Assembly: GCA_015064895.1 (NCBI GenBank)
Contig: SVRI01000002.1
Coordinates: forward strand, 84,113-148,112
Origin: Oscillospiraceae bacterium
Lineage (GTDB): Bacteria; Bacillota; Clostridia; Oscillospirales; CAG-382
Length of the DNA: 64,000 bases
Direction: 5' to 3'
In this document: one piece after another, positions 1 through 10,311 of the stretch
Layout of the letters: the number at the start of each line of letters is the position of its first letter
Numbering within the stretch: the first letter of the stretch is position 1
Position numbers and translations under genes: made by a program
Notes under the pieces: model-generated
The model's database searches: none
Seen by the model: only the letters and a program-made list of their open reading frames with translations
What the model was told of the DNA's origin: nothing

Positions 1-244
1 AATTGACAACAAATTCATCCGACTGCGAACCTGAATTATCAAAAGAACCTTTGATAACAAATTTTCCGTCTTTGAACAAAATTTCAACACTTTCATTTTC
101 GAAGAAATCATATTCGGCTTCAGTCTGAATATTTGCTGTCGAAGCAGAATTCTCCGGTGTTTTTTCGCTTTTACACGATACAAATGCCGTAATTACGAGC
201 AAAGTCACGGCGGCAAAAAGAAAAATACGAATTGCCTTTTTCAT
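1..244 (-). CDS. putative lipoprotein, N-terminal part only (gene runs off the left edge of the window)
   Basis: Not in the ORF track because no stop lies in the window. ATG at 244-242 on the minus strand sits 6 nt after GGAGGA (reverse complement of 251-256). Translation MKKAIRIFLFAAVTLLVITAFVSCKSEK has a basic n-region, a hydrophobic core and a lipobox Cys. Confidence 0.5.
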   Translation of the reverse strand, partial: MKKAIRIFLFAAVTLLVITAFVSCKSEKTPENSASTANIQTEAEYDFFENESVEILFKDGKFVIKGSFDNSGSQSDEFVVN

Positions 245-304
245 GATATATCCTCCAACAACAATCTATTTTCATTTATTTTAACGTGTTAAACGCTTTA
301 TGTC

Positions 305-338
305 AACAAAAAAGTCCGGCATTTTCATGTCGGACTTT
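305..338 (-). terminator. Rho-independent terminator after secF
   Basis: Stem aaagtccg (311-318) pairs with cggacttt (331-338). On the minus strand it is followed by a T-run (the A-run at 305-313 on plus). It lies 18 nt after the secF stop. Confidence 0.7.
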
Positions 339-355
339 AAAACAATACATTTTAA

Positions 356-1480
356 TTAGTTCTTCTTACCAATCTTCTTGAGTGAAAACCAAAGGTTACC
401 GGAAAGGCAAACAGAGGAATAAACACCGGAGATGATACCTACGATAAGAGGAAGTGCAAAATTCTTGATGGAAGTTACACCCATAAAGTAGATAAGACCG
501 ATTGTGAGAAGTGTTGTGATTGTTGTATTGAGTGAACGTAAGAGTGTTGACTTAATACCTGCATCAACCTTTTCTTCAAAGGATACCTGAGAAGACATGT
601 TCTTGTTGTTTTCTCTGATTCTGTCGAAGATAACGATTGTGGCATTAATGGAATAACCGAGAATTGTAAGGATTGCCGCGATGATTGTGGAGCTTACGGG
701 AATCTGGAAGATGGAGTAAGCAAGAACCATTGCAATTACGTCATGAGCAAGACAGATGATAGCAGCAATGGATGCTCTGCCTTCAAATCTGAATGCGATA
801 TACACAAGCATGAGAACTACAGCGATTACCGTAGCAAGGATGGCAGTCTTCTTAAGACCTGCACTTACATCGGAGCTTACTGTGCTCATGTTTGTAAGAC
901 GTGTTGTTTCATTGGATGTTTCAGCGAGAGGATAAAGTTCGTTTACCTTATCTTCAACAGCTTTTCTCTTGTTATTAACTTCACTTGCAGGTGTATACTT
1001 TACAACGTACTCATTTTCCTTTTCGCCATTTTCAACAGAAGAAGCAAAAAGATGTTCGTTTGTAGACAATGCAGTTTCAAGGTCGCTTGTCTTATCTGCA
1101 ATTGTATAAGTGAGAGCACCGTTCTTCTTTGCAGTCTGCTTAGCTTCGGGATAAAGTTCCTTAACCTGCTTATCGATGCTTGCATTGATCATATCGTAAT
1201 CATATTCTTCGTCAACGAGTGTTGTTCTGAGAATAATCTGATTACCTTCAGCAGTTCTTACGGAAGGCTTTTCGCCGATAATCTTTTCAACTTCGGCAAC
1301 GAGCTTATTTGTTTCTTCCTTGCTGAGTGCTTTATCAAGAGTAAATGTAAGTTCTGTACCGCCCACAAATTCAATGTCGAGCTTAAGACCTACTGTAAGC
1401 AAGCAAACAATTGTTGCAACTACCATAACAAGGGAAATCGCAAAGAATATTTTTCTATTTTTAACAAAACTGAATTTCAT
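356..1480 (-). CDS. secF: protein-export membrane protein SecF
   Basis: ORF 356..1543 trimmed to ATG 1480 (AGGGGG 9 nt upstream; MKFSFVKNRKIFFAISLVMVV is TM1). The C-terminal half has multiple TM segments with GYSINATIVIFDRIREN. It lies directly downstream of secD. The extracytoplasmic loop looks longer than in typical SecF. Confidence 0.9.
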   Translation of the reverse strand: MKFSFVKNRKIFFAISLVMVVATIVCLLTVGLKLDIEFVGGTELTFTLDKALSKEETNKLVAEVEKIIGEKPSVRTAEGNQIILRTTLVDEEYDYDMINASIDKQVKELYPEAKQTAKKNGALTYTIADKTSDLETALSTNEHLFASSVENGEKENEYVVKYTPASEVNNKRKAVEDKVNELYPLAETSNETTRLTNMSTVSSDVSAGLKKTAILATVIAVVLMLVYIAFRFEGRASIAAIICLAHDVIAMVLAYSIFQIPVSSTIIAAILTILGYSINATIVIFDRIRENNKNMSSQVSFEEKVDAGIKSTLLRSLNTTITTLLTIGLIYFMGVTSIKNFALPLIVGIISGVYSSVCLSGNLWFSLKKIGKKN

Positions 1481-1496
1481 TTCTCTGCACCCCCTA

Positions 1497-2786
1497 TTAC
1501 TGCTTATCGGCTCTCTTGCCGCCCATGATCCAAGAACCTGCACCCATGTTGGCTACAGAGTACATGAATACTCTTGAAACTACAAGAGATGTGAATAATG
1601 AAACGAGAGTACCGATGAGAAGTGTGATACCAAAGCCCTTAACTGCACCTGTACCCATTGCTACAAGCACAACTGCTGCAATAAGAGTTGTTACGTTAGC
1701 GTCGACAATCGCAGATGTTGCGCCTTTGAAGCCTGACTTAACGGCACTTCTTACTGTCTTACCGTTTCTCAGTTCTTCCTTGACTCTTTCGTAAATGATT
1801 ACGTTTGCGTCAACTGCCATACCGATTGTAAGGATGATACCTGCAATACCGGGAAGTGAAAGGTTAACTCTCAATGCTACGAGAAGGATTGCTACGATTG
1901 CAACATATCCTACAAGTGCAAGAGATGAAAGGAAGCCGGGAAGTCTGTATACAATAATCATGAAGAGCATTACAAGAGCAATACCGATTGCACCTGCCAT
2001 AAGGCTTGAAGAAAGTGCATTGGAACCAAGTGTAGCACCTACGTGACGTACTTCTTCCTGCTTGAGTTCAACGGGAAGGTTACCGGAGTCAATCTTTGCT
2101 GCAAGTTCGGTTGCTGCTTCCTGAGTAAAGTTACCGGAAATTGTACAGGAATCGCTGTTGATTGTTTCCTTAACGGATGCATGAGAAATGTTAATACCGT
2201 CAAGTTCAATATCAATGAAGTTTGTACCTGCTTTTACGTTGGCAGCACTTGAAGCCTGTTTTGTAGCTTCTGCAAAAAGCTTACGACCTTCGGATGTGAA
2301 TTCGATGGATACGTAGTGTTCATCCTTCATACCCTGAGCTAAAGGTCCGTAGTTTGCAGTAGCACCCTTTACTGCGTCACCTTCGAAGATTACTTCGCCG
2401 TCTGCATTCTTGAACTGGAGCTTTGCAACAGAACCGAGTGTTTCGGCAGCTTCGTTGGGGTCGTCAATACCGGGGATTTCAATTCTTATCTTATCATCGT
2501 CTACTCTTGCGATTGTTGCTTCATTATAACTGAGAGCATCAAGTCTTTCTCTGAGGACTGTTTCAACCTTATCAAGAGCTACGGTTGTGTCAAAGTTTTT
2601 ATCGTTTTCGTCGGGTACGACACTGAATGTAATGGACGAACCGCCAACTAAGTCAAGACCCTTGTTGATGGCATCCTCTTCAGTTACGCTTTTGAGGCCC
2701 ATTGAGTTTATACCGAAGAATGCAACCGTTACGCAAAGAACGATGCACAAAAGCATAAACACAAAGGAACATACGCTGTTTTTCAT
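1497..2786 (-). CDS. secD: protein-export membrane protein SecD
   Basis: ORF 1497..2852 trimmed to ATG 2786 (MKNSVCSFVFMLLCIVL is the signal-anchor). LDLVGGSSITF and GIAGIILTIGMAVDANVIIYERVKEE are typical SecD motifs. The secD-secF order is canonical. Confidence 0.92.
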   Translation of the reverse strand: MKNSVCSFVFMLLCIVLCVTVAFFGINSMGLKSVTEEDAINKGLDLVGGSSITFSVVPDENDKNFDTTVALDKVETVLRERLDALSYNEATIARVDDDKIRIEIPGIDDPNEAAETLGSVAKLQFKNADGEVIFEGDAVKGATANYGPLAQGMKDEHYVSIEFTSEGRKLFAEATKQASSAANVKAGTNFIDIELDGINISHASVKETINSDSCTISGNFTQEAATELAAKIDSGNLPVELKQEEVRHVGATLGSNALSSSLMAGAIGIALVMLFMIIVYRLPGFLSSLALVGYVAIVAILLVALRVNLSLPGIAGIILTIGMAVDANVIIYERVKEELRNGKTVRSAVKSGFKGATSAIVDANVTTLIAAVVLVAMGTGAVKGFGITLLIGTLVSLFTSLVVSRVFMYSVANMGAGSWIMGGKRADKQ

Positions 2787-2923
2787 GTGTTTCTTCCTTT
2801 CTTTTTTCACAAAAAGTCGCTTATAGCATACATTATACAATTTCCAATTCAATAAGTCAACACTTTTTTTGGAAAATATTGTTTTTTTACAATTATCATC
2901 TATTTACATCAATTTTGAACACA

Positions 2924-5086
2924 TTATTTGAAGTCAAAGGACGATGTTATAAAATTACCGCCATAGGAAGCATTCTTTGTACTGCCCGTGAAATCGAAGA
3001 CTGCTTTCCCCTCGACAAGTTTAAGAATACCGTCGAATTTTTTACCGAGCTTTGAAACAAAGCCCTGTATTTTTGCCGTCTGTCCCGTTTCAAGAAGAAG
3101 TTTTATATTTGAGACGGATATATTTCGGTTACATATGTTTATACTTACGCCGAATTCACAGCCGTCCTTATATCCTCGGCAGCCGTATTTATATCTGCCC
3201 CTTACAACCTCTTTGCCGCACAGCGGGCAGTTGCCGACAACATCTCCGAAATTACCCGTATAGTCGTCCGTTTCGGGAGGCATTTCATTTCTTTGGAACA
3301 CCTTACTTATTTCGTTTTCCGCAAGAAGAACGCTGTCGGAAATCTCAATTTCGCCTCTGTACACCTTTTTAAGTGCCTGACCCAGCTCGCTTGTCTTATA
3401 CTTATCCATACTGATGTTCATTCTTGACAGCGATTCAATCAGGAACACCCCGTCGGGAAGAATGGTATAAACATCTTTTTTCAAAAGAATATATTTACTC
3501 TTGCAGGCATTTTCGATAATACCCGTTCTTGTGGCTTCGGTACCCAGCTCAAGTCCTTCGAAGATTGCTTTATAGTCCTCGGCATCGTCTTTATTTTCTT
3601 CGTCGTTTGCCGCCGCCTTTTCTTCCTTGAAGGGGTTTTTCAGATAATTATTGAGGGTTTCAATGGTATAGTGTTTGGGCGGTGTTGTTTCCTTTTCTAC
3701 CGGTTCAAAGTTTACGTTTAATATTTCACCTTTTTCGAGCTTCGGGAGTATTTTATCCTTTGCCGAGTATGTATCATACTGTGTCCAGCCCTTTTGAATG
3801 ATAACAGCGCCCTTGAGATTAAATTCCTCAAGTCCGCCGAGGTCAATTTTGATTTCGGTCTTTTCTGCAAGGCAGGGTTCAGCGCAGAAAACGGCACAGA
3901 ATCTGTGCACTACCGTGGAATACACCTGCATTTGCTTTTCGGTAAGAGAGTCCTTGGGCGGAACCTTATATGTGGGAGTCAGCGCCGAATGGGACTCGAT
4001 TTTACTGTCGTCAAACACCGTCTTATCATCGCGGAACTTGAGGTTATATCCCATTTTTGTAAAGTTTGCGACAATCTTGGAAATCTTATCCTTTTCTGCC
4101 GTTGCAAGATATTCGGAGTTTGTTCTGGGGTATGTAAGATACCCCATTTCGTACAGCTTCTGAACAATTTCAAGGCTCTCGGTCATATTCATCTTATACT
4201 TTTTACTCAGTACATTCTGAAGCTTTGAAAGTGAATAAAGTTTACCGGGAGCTATTGTGTCCTTTTTGCGTTTTACGCTTGTGACAACTGCCTTTTGTGC
4301 GTTATACTTTTCGCACATTGCCTTTGCTTTTGAGAGCTCATCCTTTGAAAATTTCAGCTTTGAATTAAGCTCTATTTCCTCGCCTTTCGTTTCGGCAACG
4401 CTTTTAAGGCCGTAATATATTTCGGGAACAAAGTTTTCTATCTGCTTGTCCCTGTCGTAGATTGCCTTGACAATGGGAACGATTACTCGTCCCACTCTCA
4501 GAAGAAGTCCCGTTCTGATTGTGGCGTATCTTGTGAGATTCACACCGTAAAGCCAATCAATATATGTTCTTGCAAAGCCTTCGTTAGCAAGGTTATTATA
4601 TTCTGTTTCGTCCTTCATATCGACGAGCCCCTGACGTATTGTTTCTGCCGTCTGGTCGGGAAGCCACAGACGTTTGAGGCTTTTTTCAGATTTGAGTGCA
4701 TTGTCGATACAGAGGCGGACAATGATTTCACCCTCTCTGTCGGCGTCGCCTGCGTTGACGATTGTATCGACATCGGGGCGGTTGCAGAGTGCTTCGATAA
4801 GTTCAAACTGGCGTCTTACACCGTCATCCGGTTCCTTGTTATCACCCTTACGCAGTGCAAAATCAAACTTTTTCGGGAAGCACGGAAGATTGTTCAGAGA
4901 CCAGCGGTTTGTCCCGTCGGGATTCGGGTTGTAATGCTCTATGTCCTCAAGGGAAAAGAGGTGTCCGAATGCCCATGTGACAATATACTCGTCATTTTCA
5001 AGATACCCTTGACGTTTATTCATTTGTCCTATAGCCTCGGCAATGTTTCGTCCGAGACTCGGTTTTTCTGCTATGATTAACTTCAT
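2924..5086 (-). CDS. topB: DNA topoisomerase III (type IA)
   Basis: 720 aa. Toprim N-terminus MKLIIAEKPSLGRNIA..YIVTWAFGHLFSL. Active-site Tyr region GYLTYPRTNSEYL. C-terminal Cys-rich zinc ribbon CPLCGKEVV..YGCRGYKDGC. Confidence 0.9.
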   Translation of the reverse strand: MKLIIAEKPSLGRNIAEAIGQMNKRQGYLENDEYIVTWAFGHLFSLEDIEHYNPNPDGTNRWSLNNLPCFPKKFDFALRKGDNKEPDDGVRRQFELIEALCNRPDVDTIVNAGDADREGEIIVRLCIDNALKSEKSLKRLWLPDQTAETIRQGLVDMKDETEYNNLANEGFARTYIDWLYGVNLTRYATIRTGLLLRVGRVIVPIVKAIYDRDKQIENFVPEIYYGLKSVAETKGEEIELNSKLKFSKDELSKAKAMCEKYNAQKAVVTSVKRKKDTIAPGKLYSLSKLQNVLSKKYKMNMTESLEIVQKLYEMGYLTYPRTNSEYLATAEKDKISKIVANFTKMGYNLKFRDDKTVFDDSKIESHSALTPTYKVPPKDSLTEKQMQVYSTVVHRFCAVFCAEPCLAEKTEIKIDLGGLEEFNLKGAVIIQKGWTQYDTYSAKDKILPKLEKGEILNVNFEPVEKETTPPKHYTIETLNNYLKNPFKEEKAAANDEENKDDAEDYKAIFEGLELGTEATRTGIIENACKSKYILLKKDVYTILPDGVFLIESLSRMNISMDKYKTSELGQALKKVYRGEIEISDSVLLAENEISKVFQRNEMPPETDDYTGNFGDVVGNCPLCGKEVVRGRYKYGCRGYKDGCEFGVSINICNRNISVSNIKLLLETGQTAKIQGFVSKLGKKFDGILKLVEGKAVFDFTGSTKNASYGGNFITSSFDFK

Positions 5087-5176
5087 TTAGTACCTCTGTA
5101 AAAATTCATTACTATATATTGTATCACAGATGCATTTCTTTGTAAAGGGTTTTTTCACTCAAATACTTTTTAGGTC

Positions 5177-5205
5177 AAAAAAACAGCCGCCCGGTCGGGC
5201 GGCTG
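5177..5205 (-). terminator. Rho-independent terminator after the acidic lipoprotein gene
   Basis: Hairpin cagccgccc-ggtc-gggcggctg (5184-5205). The A-run at 5177-5183 on plus gives a U-tail on minus. Confidence 0.7.
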
Positions 5206-5240
5206 CAAAAACTATTATGCAAAACTATGCCATGAAACGA

Positions 5241-6119
5241 TTAGGACATTGTATCCGTATCGACAAGCCATTCGCCATCAACATTGACAACTGTGATTTC
5301 AGCAGTCTCGGTCAGCAATTCGACATCATATGCCGCACTCTCTATAACCTTAACCATATATTCGGTCATATAGGGAATCAATGCATCAATCATTTCGTCT
5401 TCTGTCATGTCTTCGGTGATAACTCCTTCTTCAAGTGCCTGCATTGCCAATGCCGCACCATCATCTTCACCCATCATAGTCATTATGTCAATGTTGTCAA
5501 AATCGGGTGTGTAAAGTTCAACCTCGAACACAGCTTCCTCTTCGTCTGCACTGAGACATTCAATGATTTCATAATCCATATCTTCTATCAAATCAATGTA
5601 AAGGGCTCTGGTTGCATCAACAACTGTAACAGCATTTGCTTCACCAAGTGTTTCAGCAAACCAAGTTTCCATATCAAGACCTTCTATGATTGAATCGGCA
5701 AGATCATCTGCACATGTGATTCCGCTGTTTTCATATTCGCCGGGATCGGTTGTATATTCCACCATACCTTCAAAATCGCAGGCGACCAAGCAGTCAAGAC
5801 AGTTAACCAAAGCTTCTTCTGCTGCTTCTTCGGGAGATTTTTCTTCTACAACCGGCTTGTCTTCATTCTTGTCCTTCTTGACATCATTCTTCTTGCCCTC
5901 GTCGTTTTTAACGTCTTCAGCATCAGACTTTTTGTCTTCATCTTCTTCATCATCTTCGTTTTCTTCGTCGCTATCTTTCTTATCCTTTTCGTCTTCATCT
6001 TCTTCGTCGTCTTCATCCTCGACTCTTGAAGCAGAAGTATCTTCAGAGCAGGAAACGGCTGTGAAGATTACCGCCATACCGAGCATAAGTGCAATCAAAA
6101 TTTTCAATAAGCTTTTCAT
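5241..6119 (-). CDS. lipoprotein with long D/E/K-rich linker, function unknown
   Basis: 292 aa. Signal peptide with lipobox MKSLLKILIALMLGMAVIFTAVSC, then about 90 aa of low-complexity acidic sequence and a globular C-terminal part. I recognise no family. Confidence 0.7.
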   Translation of the reverse strand: MKSLLKILIALMLGMAVIFTAVSCSEDTSASRVEDEDDEEDEDEKDKKDSDEENEDDEEDEDKKSDAEDVKNDEGKKNDVKKDKNEDKPVVEEKSPEEAAEEALVNCLDCLVACDFEGMVEYTTDPGEYENSGITCADDLADSIIEGLDMETWFAETLGEANAVTVVDATRALYIDLIEDMDYEIIECLSADEEEAVFEVELYTPDFDNIDIMTMMGEDDGAALAMQALEEGVITEDMTEDEMIDALIPYMTEYMVKVIESAAYDVELLTETAEITVVNVDGEWLVDTDTMS

Positions 6120-6437
6120 TTGTCATATCCTCCAAATAGTATTATGATTATCGAATCACGTGCTGACACAAATTCAATGAGATAATTTTAAATCAAACTA
6201 TTAACCAAAAATAAATGTTTTGTTGTACGTTTTGTGAACTCAATGTAGAAAAAATAACGATTTTGTGACTGTTGTTCAATTCATTTTACATACTTTTGGT
6301 AAAATCGACGTTTTCAAATTCAAAACAGCCTTTTACCATAAACCATCTCTTTCCATTTCATCCAGCATTTGATTGATGACAAACCGCATTAAAAGCAGTA
6401 CAATATACATAGATATTTTTTGAAACGGAGACACGTC

Positions 6438-6965
6438 ATGCACATTATAAAAATAAGTCCCGTCAGCTTCAAAATCGTTCTTACAAAGGAGGATTTACAA
6501 AGATGCGGGGTAAGTAACATATTGGAGCATTCAGAACTGTCGGGAGATTTCTTTGCCGAAATAATAGATGAAACAAACAGACTGTATGGCAATCCCTTTA
6601 CCGGCGGCTTATTGGATGCGGATTTTTTTGAGTCAAAGAACGGCGGCGGTGAGCTGTTCATCAGTAAAAGAGTTAAGTCCGAAAACAGCATTTACATATT
6701 TACAACAGAGATTATCGAAAATCTCATCATGCTTTGCAAAAGACTTTACACACTTAATATCAAAGACGACAAAGGGCTGTATTTCTGCAACGGAAAATAC
6801 AGCCTTTTGATATATTCGGAAAAAGAAGGAGCAATACTGTTTCCGATATTGTCCGAATACGGGGATGTATCGATGGCAACAAAGCTCGACATCTGGCATA
6901 TACAGGAGCATGCAGATGCAGTCATCAAAGAAAATGCTGTCAGCACATTTGCAAACACCTTTTGA
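6438..6965 (+). CDS. MecA-like adaptor protein (short form)
   Basis: ORF 6420..6965 trimmed to ATG 6438 (GGAG 7 nt upstream). The N-terminus MHIIKISPVSFKIVLTKEDLQRCGV follows the pattern I remember for MecA N-domains (M-I-x-I-..-h-x-h-x-L-T-x-E-D-L). Assignment is by pattern only. Confidence 0.5.
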   Translation: MHIIKISPVSFKIVLTKEDLQRCGVSNILEHSELSGDFFAEIIDETNRLYGNPFTGGLLDADFFESKNGGGELFISKRVKSENSIYIFTTEIIENLIMLCKRLYTLNIKDDKGLYFCNGKYSLLIYSEKEGAILFPILSEYGDVSMATKLDIWHIQEHADAVIKENAVSTFANTF

Positions 6966-6966
6966 T

Positions 6967-7842
6967 TCAGCAAAGAAAATCAAGTGATACGCCGTTATAG
7001 TAATATTTGAGAATATCAATATAACTCATGCCGTCACATGCAAAAATATTGGCACCGTACTGACTCATGCCGACTCTGTGTCCCATTCCCGATGACGAAA
7101 CCTCGATTTCCCCTTCGGGTGATTTTACCGAACGCAGATACTCTACCCTGCCGCCCCACACATCTTCGCTGTCGAGTGTTCCCTCACCGCTTGAAGCGTG
7201 GTATACAGCTTCTATGGGTTCTCCATCATATACAATAATTATTCCCCTTGTAGCATTTACGGCACTTTTGAGCTTATCAAGGTTTTGTGCCGTAACACCT
7301 GCACTTTCCGGCAGTACAAAATTCTGACAACAGGCGGGATTTGTGCACACATCCGCATTTTTATGCTTTGATTTGCCCAGTGCCTGTCTTACAGCGAAAG
7401 TACGTGCTGCAACGCTTTGCGCCATAATTGCCTGTGCCTCAAAGTAAAGCGGCATTTCTCCAAGCACGCATGCAGTTACATATTCTTCAAGCGGCATTTC
7501 TGTTACGGTATTATTGTCCTGCAAAACTCTGACTTTATCGCATTTTATGCCTTTTGGGGAAGTATTTGTGTTAGAATAAACGTTTTTTGCATTATTTCGT
7601 AATGGATTATTCATTTCTGTAATCGCGTTCATACTCTTGTTTTGGGTATTAAAGCAGTAAACATCACTTGTTTCGGCAAAGGATGTTTGGGGTGATTTGG
7701 AAGCGAAACGGCTTGGTGTTGAAAAGCCGTTATCACGTAAAAACGTCACAATTGAGACTATTGCCGCCGAAAATGCAAGTATCGCTGCAATGACTCGTGC
7801 CACAGGAATTTTCTTTTTCGGCTTTTGTAAATAATTTTGCAT
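6967..7842 (-). CDS. spoIID: stage II sporulation protein D (SpoIID/LytB domain)
   Basis: 291 aa with an N-terminal membrane anchor. Matches include AQAIMAQSVAARTFAV, VCTNPACCQNF, YHASSGEGTLDSEDVWG and GHRVGMSQYGA. Confidence 0.85.
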   Translation of the reverse strand: MQNYLQKPKKKIPVARVIAAILAFSAAIVSIVTFLRDNGFSTPSRFASKSPQTSFAETSDVYCFNTQNKSMNAITEMNNPLRNNAKNVYSNTNTSPKGIKCDKVRVLQDNNTVTEMPLEEYVTACVLGEMPLYFEAQAIMAQSVAARTFAVRQALGKSKHKNADVCTNPACCQNFVLPESAGVTAQNLDKLKSAVNATRGIIIVYDGEPIEAVYHASSGEGTLDSEDVWGGRVEYLRSVKSPEGEIEVSSSGMGHRVGMSQYGANIFACDGMSYIDILKYYYNGVSLDFLC

Positions 7843-7935
7843 AATTACACTTTTCCTCTTGCATTTTTGTTTTTTATGTGGTATAGTGTTATAAATTCGT
7901 TATTATACCCTTAAATTCTGAAAGGACAATGCACC

Positions 7936-9300
7936 ATGTTTACAGACCACTATCCCGAATCCCTTAACATGCTCACGGAAATGTGTAAGGAAAGCTATTC
8001 CATTCCCAAAAATGCTTTCCAGAACGCAAACGTAAAGCGCGGACTTCGTAATTTTGACGGTTCGGGTATTGTTGCAGGCGTTACAAATATATCAATGGTA
8101 CACGGCTATGTACTCTATGAAGGTGAAAAGATGCCCGACGACGGCAGACTCCTTTACAGAGGCTACGACGTACCTTCTCTCATAGACGGTTATACCAAGG
8201 ACAACAGATACGGCTACGAAGAATGTGCCTTTCTGCTTCTCTTCGGTTTTCTTCCCTCGCAGGATCAGCTCAATGCCTTTAAGAGCCTTGTCAGCGAATG
8301 TTCGTTCCTGCCTCAGAACTTTACCGAAGACATCATTATGCGTGCTCCCAGCATGAATATAATGAACAAGATGCAGTCTAGTGTTCTTTCATTATATACA
8401 TATGACAAGAATCCCGAAGATATGTCTATTGAAAATCAGCTGAGACAGAGCATTCAGCTCATTGCACGTCTTCCCATAATTGCTGCAAACGCATATTCCG
8501 TAAAGAAGCACATTTTTGAAAACGACAGCCTCCTTATTCACAGACCGAAAGAGGGTCTTGCAACGGCACAGAACTTCATGAGAATCCTCGGTCAGGACGT
8601 AACCTTTGACGAAGAAGAAGCAAGACTTCTCGACGTATGTCTCGTACTTCACGCAGAACACGGCGGCGGTAACAACTCTACCTTTACCTGCCGTGCAGAA
8701 ACAAGCTCGGGTACAGACATCTATTCCGCAACAAGTGCTGCCATCGGTGCCCTCAAAGGTCCCAAGCACGGCGGTGCAAACATCAAGGTTGAAGAAATGT
8801 TCTCAGAAATAAAGGCAAATGTCAAGGACTGGAAGGACGACGAGGAAGTAAACGCATATCTTGAAAAGATACTGAAGAAAGAAGCCGGCGATGGCAGCGG
8901 TCTTATCTACGGTATGGGACATGCCATTTACACCAAGAGCGACCCAAGAGCAATAGTGCTCAAGAAACATGCTGAATCCCTCGCACAAAAGAAGGGATTT
9001 GGTGCAGAATTTGACTTACTCAAGAAGGTAGAAGAGCTTTCTCCTGCGGCATTCCTCAAAATTACAGGCCACGACAAGGCCATGTGTGCAAATGTTGACA
9101 TGTACTCAGGACTTATCTACAGAATGCTCGGCATTCCCGCAGAGCTTTACACACCCCTCTTTGCTTCAGCACGTATCGCAGGCTGGTGTGCTCACAGAAT
9201 TGAGGAAATGTTAACGGGCGGCAAGATTATGCGTCCTGCCTACAAGACAATTTACAAGGTTAAGGAATATACACCTATCAATGAAAGAAGCGATATATAA
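7936..9300 (+). CDS. citrate synthase
   Basis: 454 aa. HAEHGGGNNSTF, GPKHGGAN and the signature GMGHAIYTKSDPRA. Confidence 0.9.
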   Translation: MFTDHYPESLNMLTEMCKESYSIPKNAFQNANVKRGLRNFDGSGIVAGVTNISMVHGYVLYEGEKMPDDGRLLYRGYDVPSLIDGYTKDNRYGYEECAFLLLFGFLPSQDQLNAFKSLVSECSFLPQNFTEDIIMRAPSMNIMNKMQSSVLSLYTYDKNPEDMSIENQLRQSIQLIARLPIIAANAYSVKKHIFENDSLLIHRPKEGLATAQNFMRILGQDVTFDEEEARLLDVCLVLHAEHGGGNNSTFTCRAETSSGTDIYSATSAAIGALKGPKHGGANIKVEEMFSEIKANVKDWKDDEEVNAYLEKILKKEAGDGSGLIYGMGHAIYTKSDPRAIVLKKHAESLAQKKGFGAEFDLLKKVEELSPAAFLKITGHDKAMCANVDMYSGLIYRMLGIPAELYTPLFASARIAGWCAHRIEEMLTGGKIMRPAYKTIYKVKEYTPINERSDI

Positions 9301-9349
9301 CAATCCCTCAGTCACCTGACGGCGACAGCTCCCTTTACACAAGGGAGCC
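9301..9349 (+). repeat. family C double-hairpin repeat unit; its second hairpin doubles as the citrate synthase terminator
   Basis: caatccctcagtcacctgacggcgacagctccctttacacaagggagc. It is related to 19243-19297 (same orientation) and 19166-19215 (inverted). Stem gctccctt/aagggagc (9328-9348) is followed by ctttattta. Confidence 0.6.
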
Positions 9350-9381
9350 TTTATTTATCAAAACGTTGAAAGGACAACGAT

Positions 9382-10263
9382 ATGAAAATTTCAACACAAA
9401 CAGGCTCATTTATGAAGCATTTTTCCGACAGGGAAATAGTTGACATTCTTAAAGACGCAGGCTTTGACGCCATAGACTACTCATTTTTTGACGTACAGAG
9501 ATGCAATCCCGACATATCGGACAGTGAATACAAACAAAGGTTTACCGAACTCAGAAAATACGCCGAGGACAAGGGGTTATACTTCAACCAGTCCCATGCT
9601 CCCCACCCGTCTTCACTTATCGATGAAGATTTTACAAAGAGAAGATTCAGTGAGCTTATTACAGCCCTGAAAAATTCCTCTTATCTCGGTGTCCGCAACA
9701 TTATTATTCATCCGTTTCAGCATCTCAGATACTACACAAATGAAAACGTCGAGGTACTTTACCAAATGAACCTTGAGTTTTACGCAAGGCTTATCCCCTA
9801 CTGCGAGGAATACGGCATTACGGTATGCACCGAAAATATGTTTCAAGCCTACGGAGATTCCTACAAGCTTTGGGATTCAACATGTTCAAAAGCAGAGGAA
9901 TTTGTAAGATATATTGACGGCATAGGCAGTCCCTATGTAAAGGCTTGCGTTGACATAGGTCATACGGTGCTTGTTGGGGAAAATCCCGTAAAGATGATAA
10001 AATCGCTTGGTCACAGGGTTGCGGCACTTCACGTTCACGACAACGACGGTATACACGACGAGCACACAGTTCCTTTCCACGGCATTATCAAGTGGAACGA
10101 GGTTGCAAAGGCGCTCAAAGACATTGGATACAGCGGTGAAATCACCCTTGAAACCGAAGGCTTTATGAATCAGTACAAGATTCCGAAAGAGCTTGTTCCT
10201 GCCTCTGCCAAGTACATGGCAGAAACGGCAAGATTATTTTCTGATATGGTCATCAATGCCTGA
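9382..10263 (+). CDS. sugar phosphate isomerase/epimerase (xylose isomerase-like TIM barrel)
   Basis: 293 aa. Pattern typical of AP-endonuclease-2/xylose-isomerase-like TIM barrels (NIIIHP, CTEN, DIGH, HVHDN, TLE). Substrate unknown. Confidence 0.65.
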   Translation: MKISTQTGSFMKHFSDREIVDILKDAGFDAIDYSFFDVQRCNPDISDSEYKQRFTELRKYAEDKGLYFNQSHAPHPSSLIDEDFTKRRFSELITALKNSSYLGVRNIIIHPFQHLRYYTNENVEVLYQMNLEFYARLIPYCEEYGITVCTENMFQAYGDSYKLWDSTCSKAEEFVRYIDGIGSPYVKACVDIGHTVLVGENPVKMIKSLGHRVAALHVHDNDGIHDEHTVPFHGIIKWNEVAKALKDIGYSGEITLETEGFMNQYKIPKELVPASAKYMAETARLFSDMVINA

Positions 10264-10311
10264 TACAAACAAAAATCTGCTCTAAAGGGTCTTCATACAG
10301 GAAATAAATTA

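Noticed and set aside
743-1528. Long antisense 'shadow' ORFs opposite well-supported genes, for example 743-1528, 5130-5693, 11930-12688, 13115-13663, 15643-16215, 54582-55184 and 57734-58291
   Set aside because: Each lies entirely within a confidently identified gene on the other strand. Their translations are low-complexity or Cys/Phe-rich nonsense with no SD.
5850-6030. GAA/GAT-rich stretch in the acidic lipoprotein gene considered as a DNA-level microsatellite
   Set aside because: The codons are irregular mixes of GAA, GAT, GAC and AAG with no exact tandem unit. It is ordinary low-complexity coding sequence.
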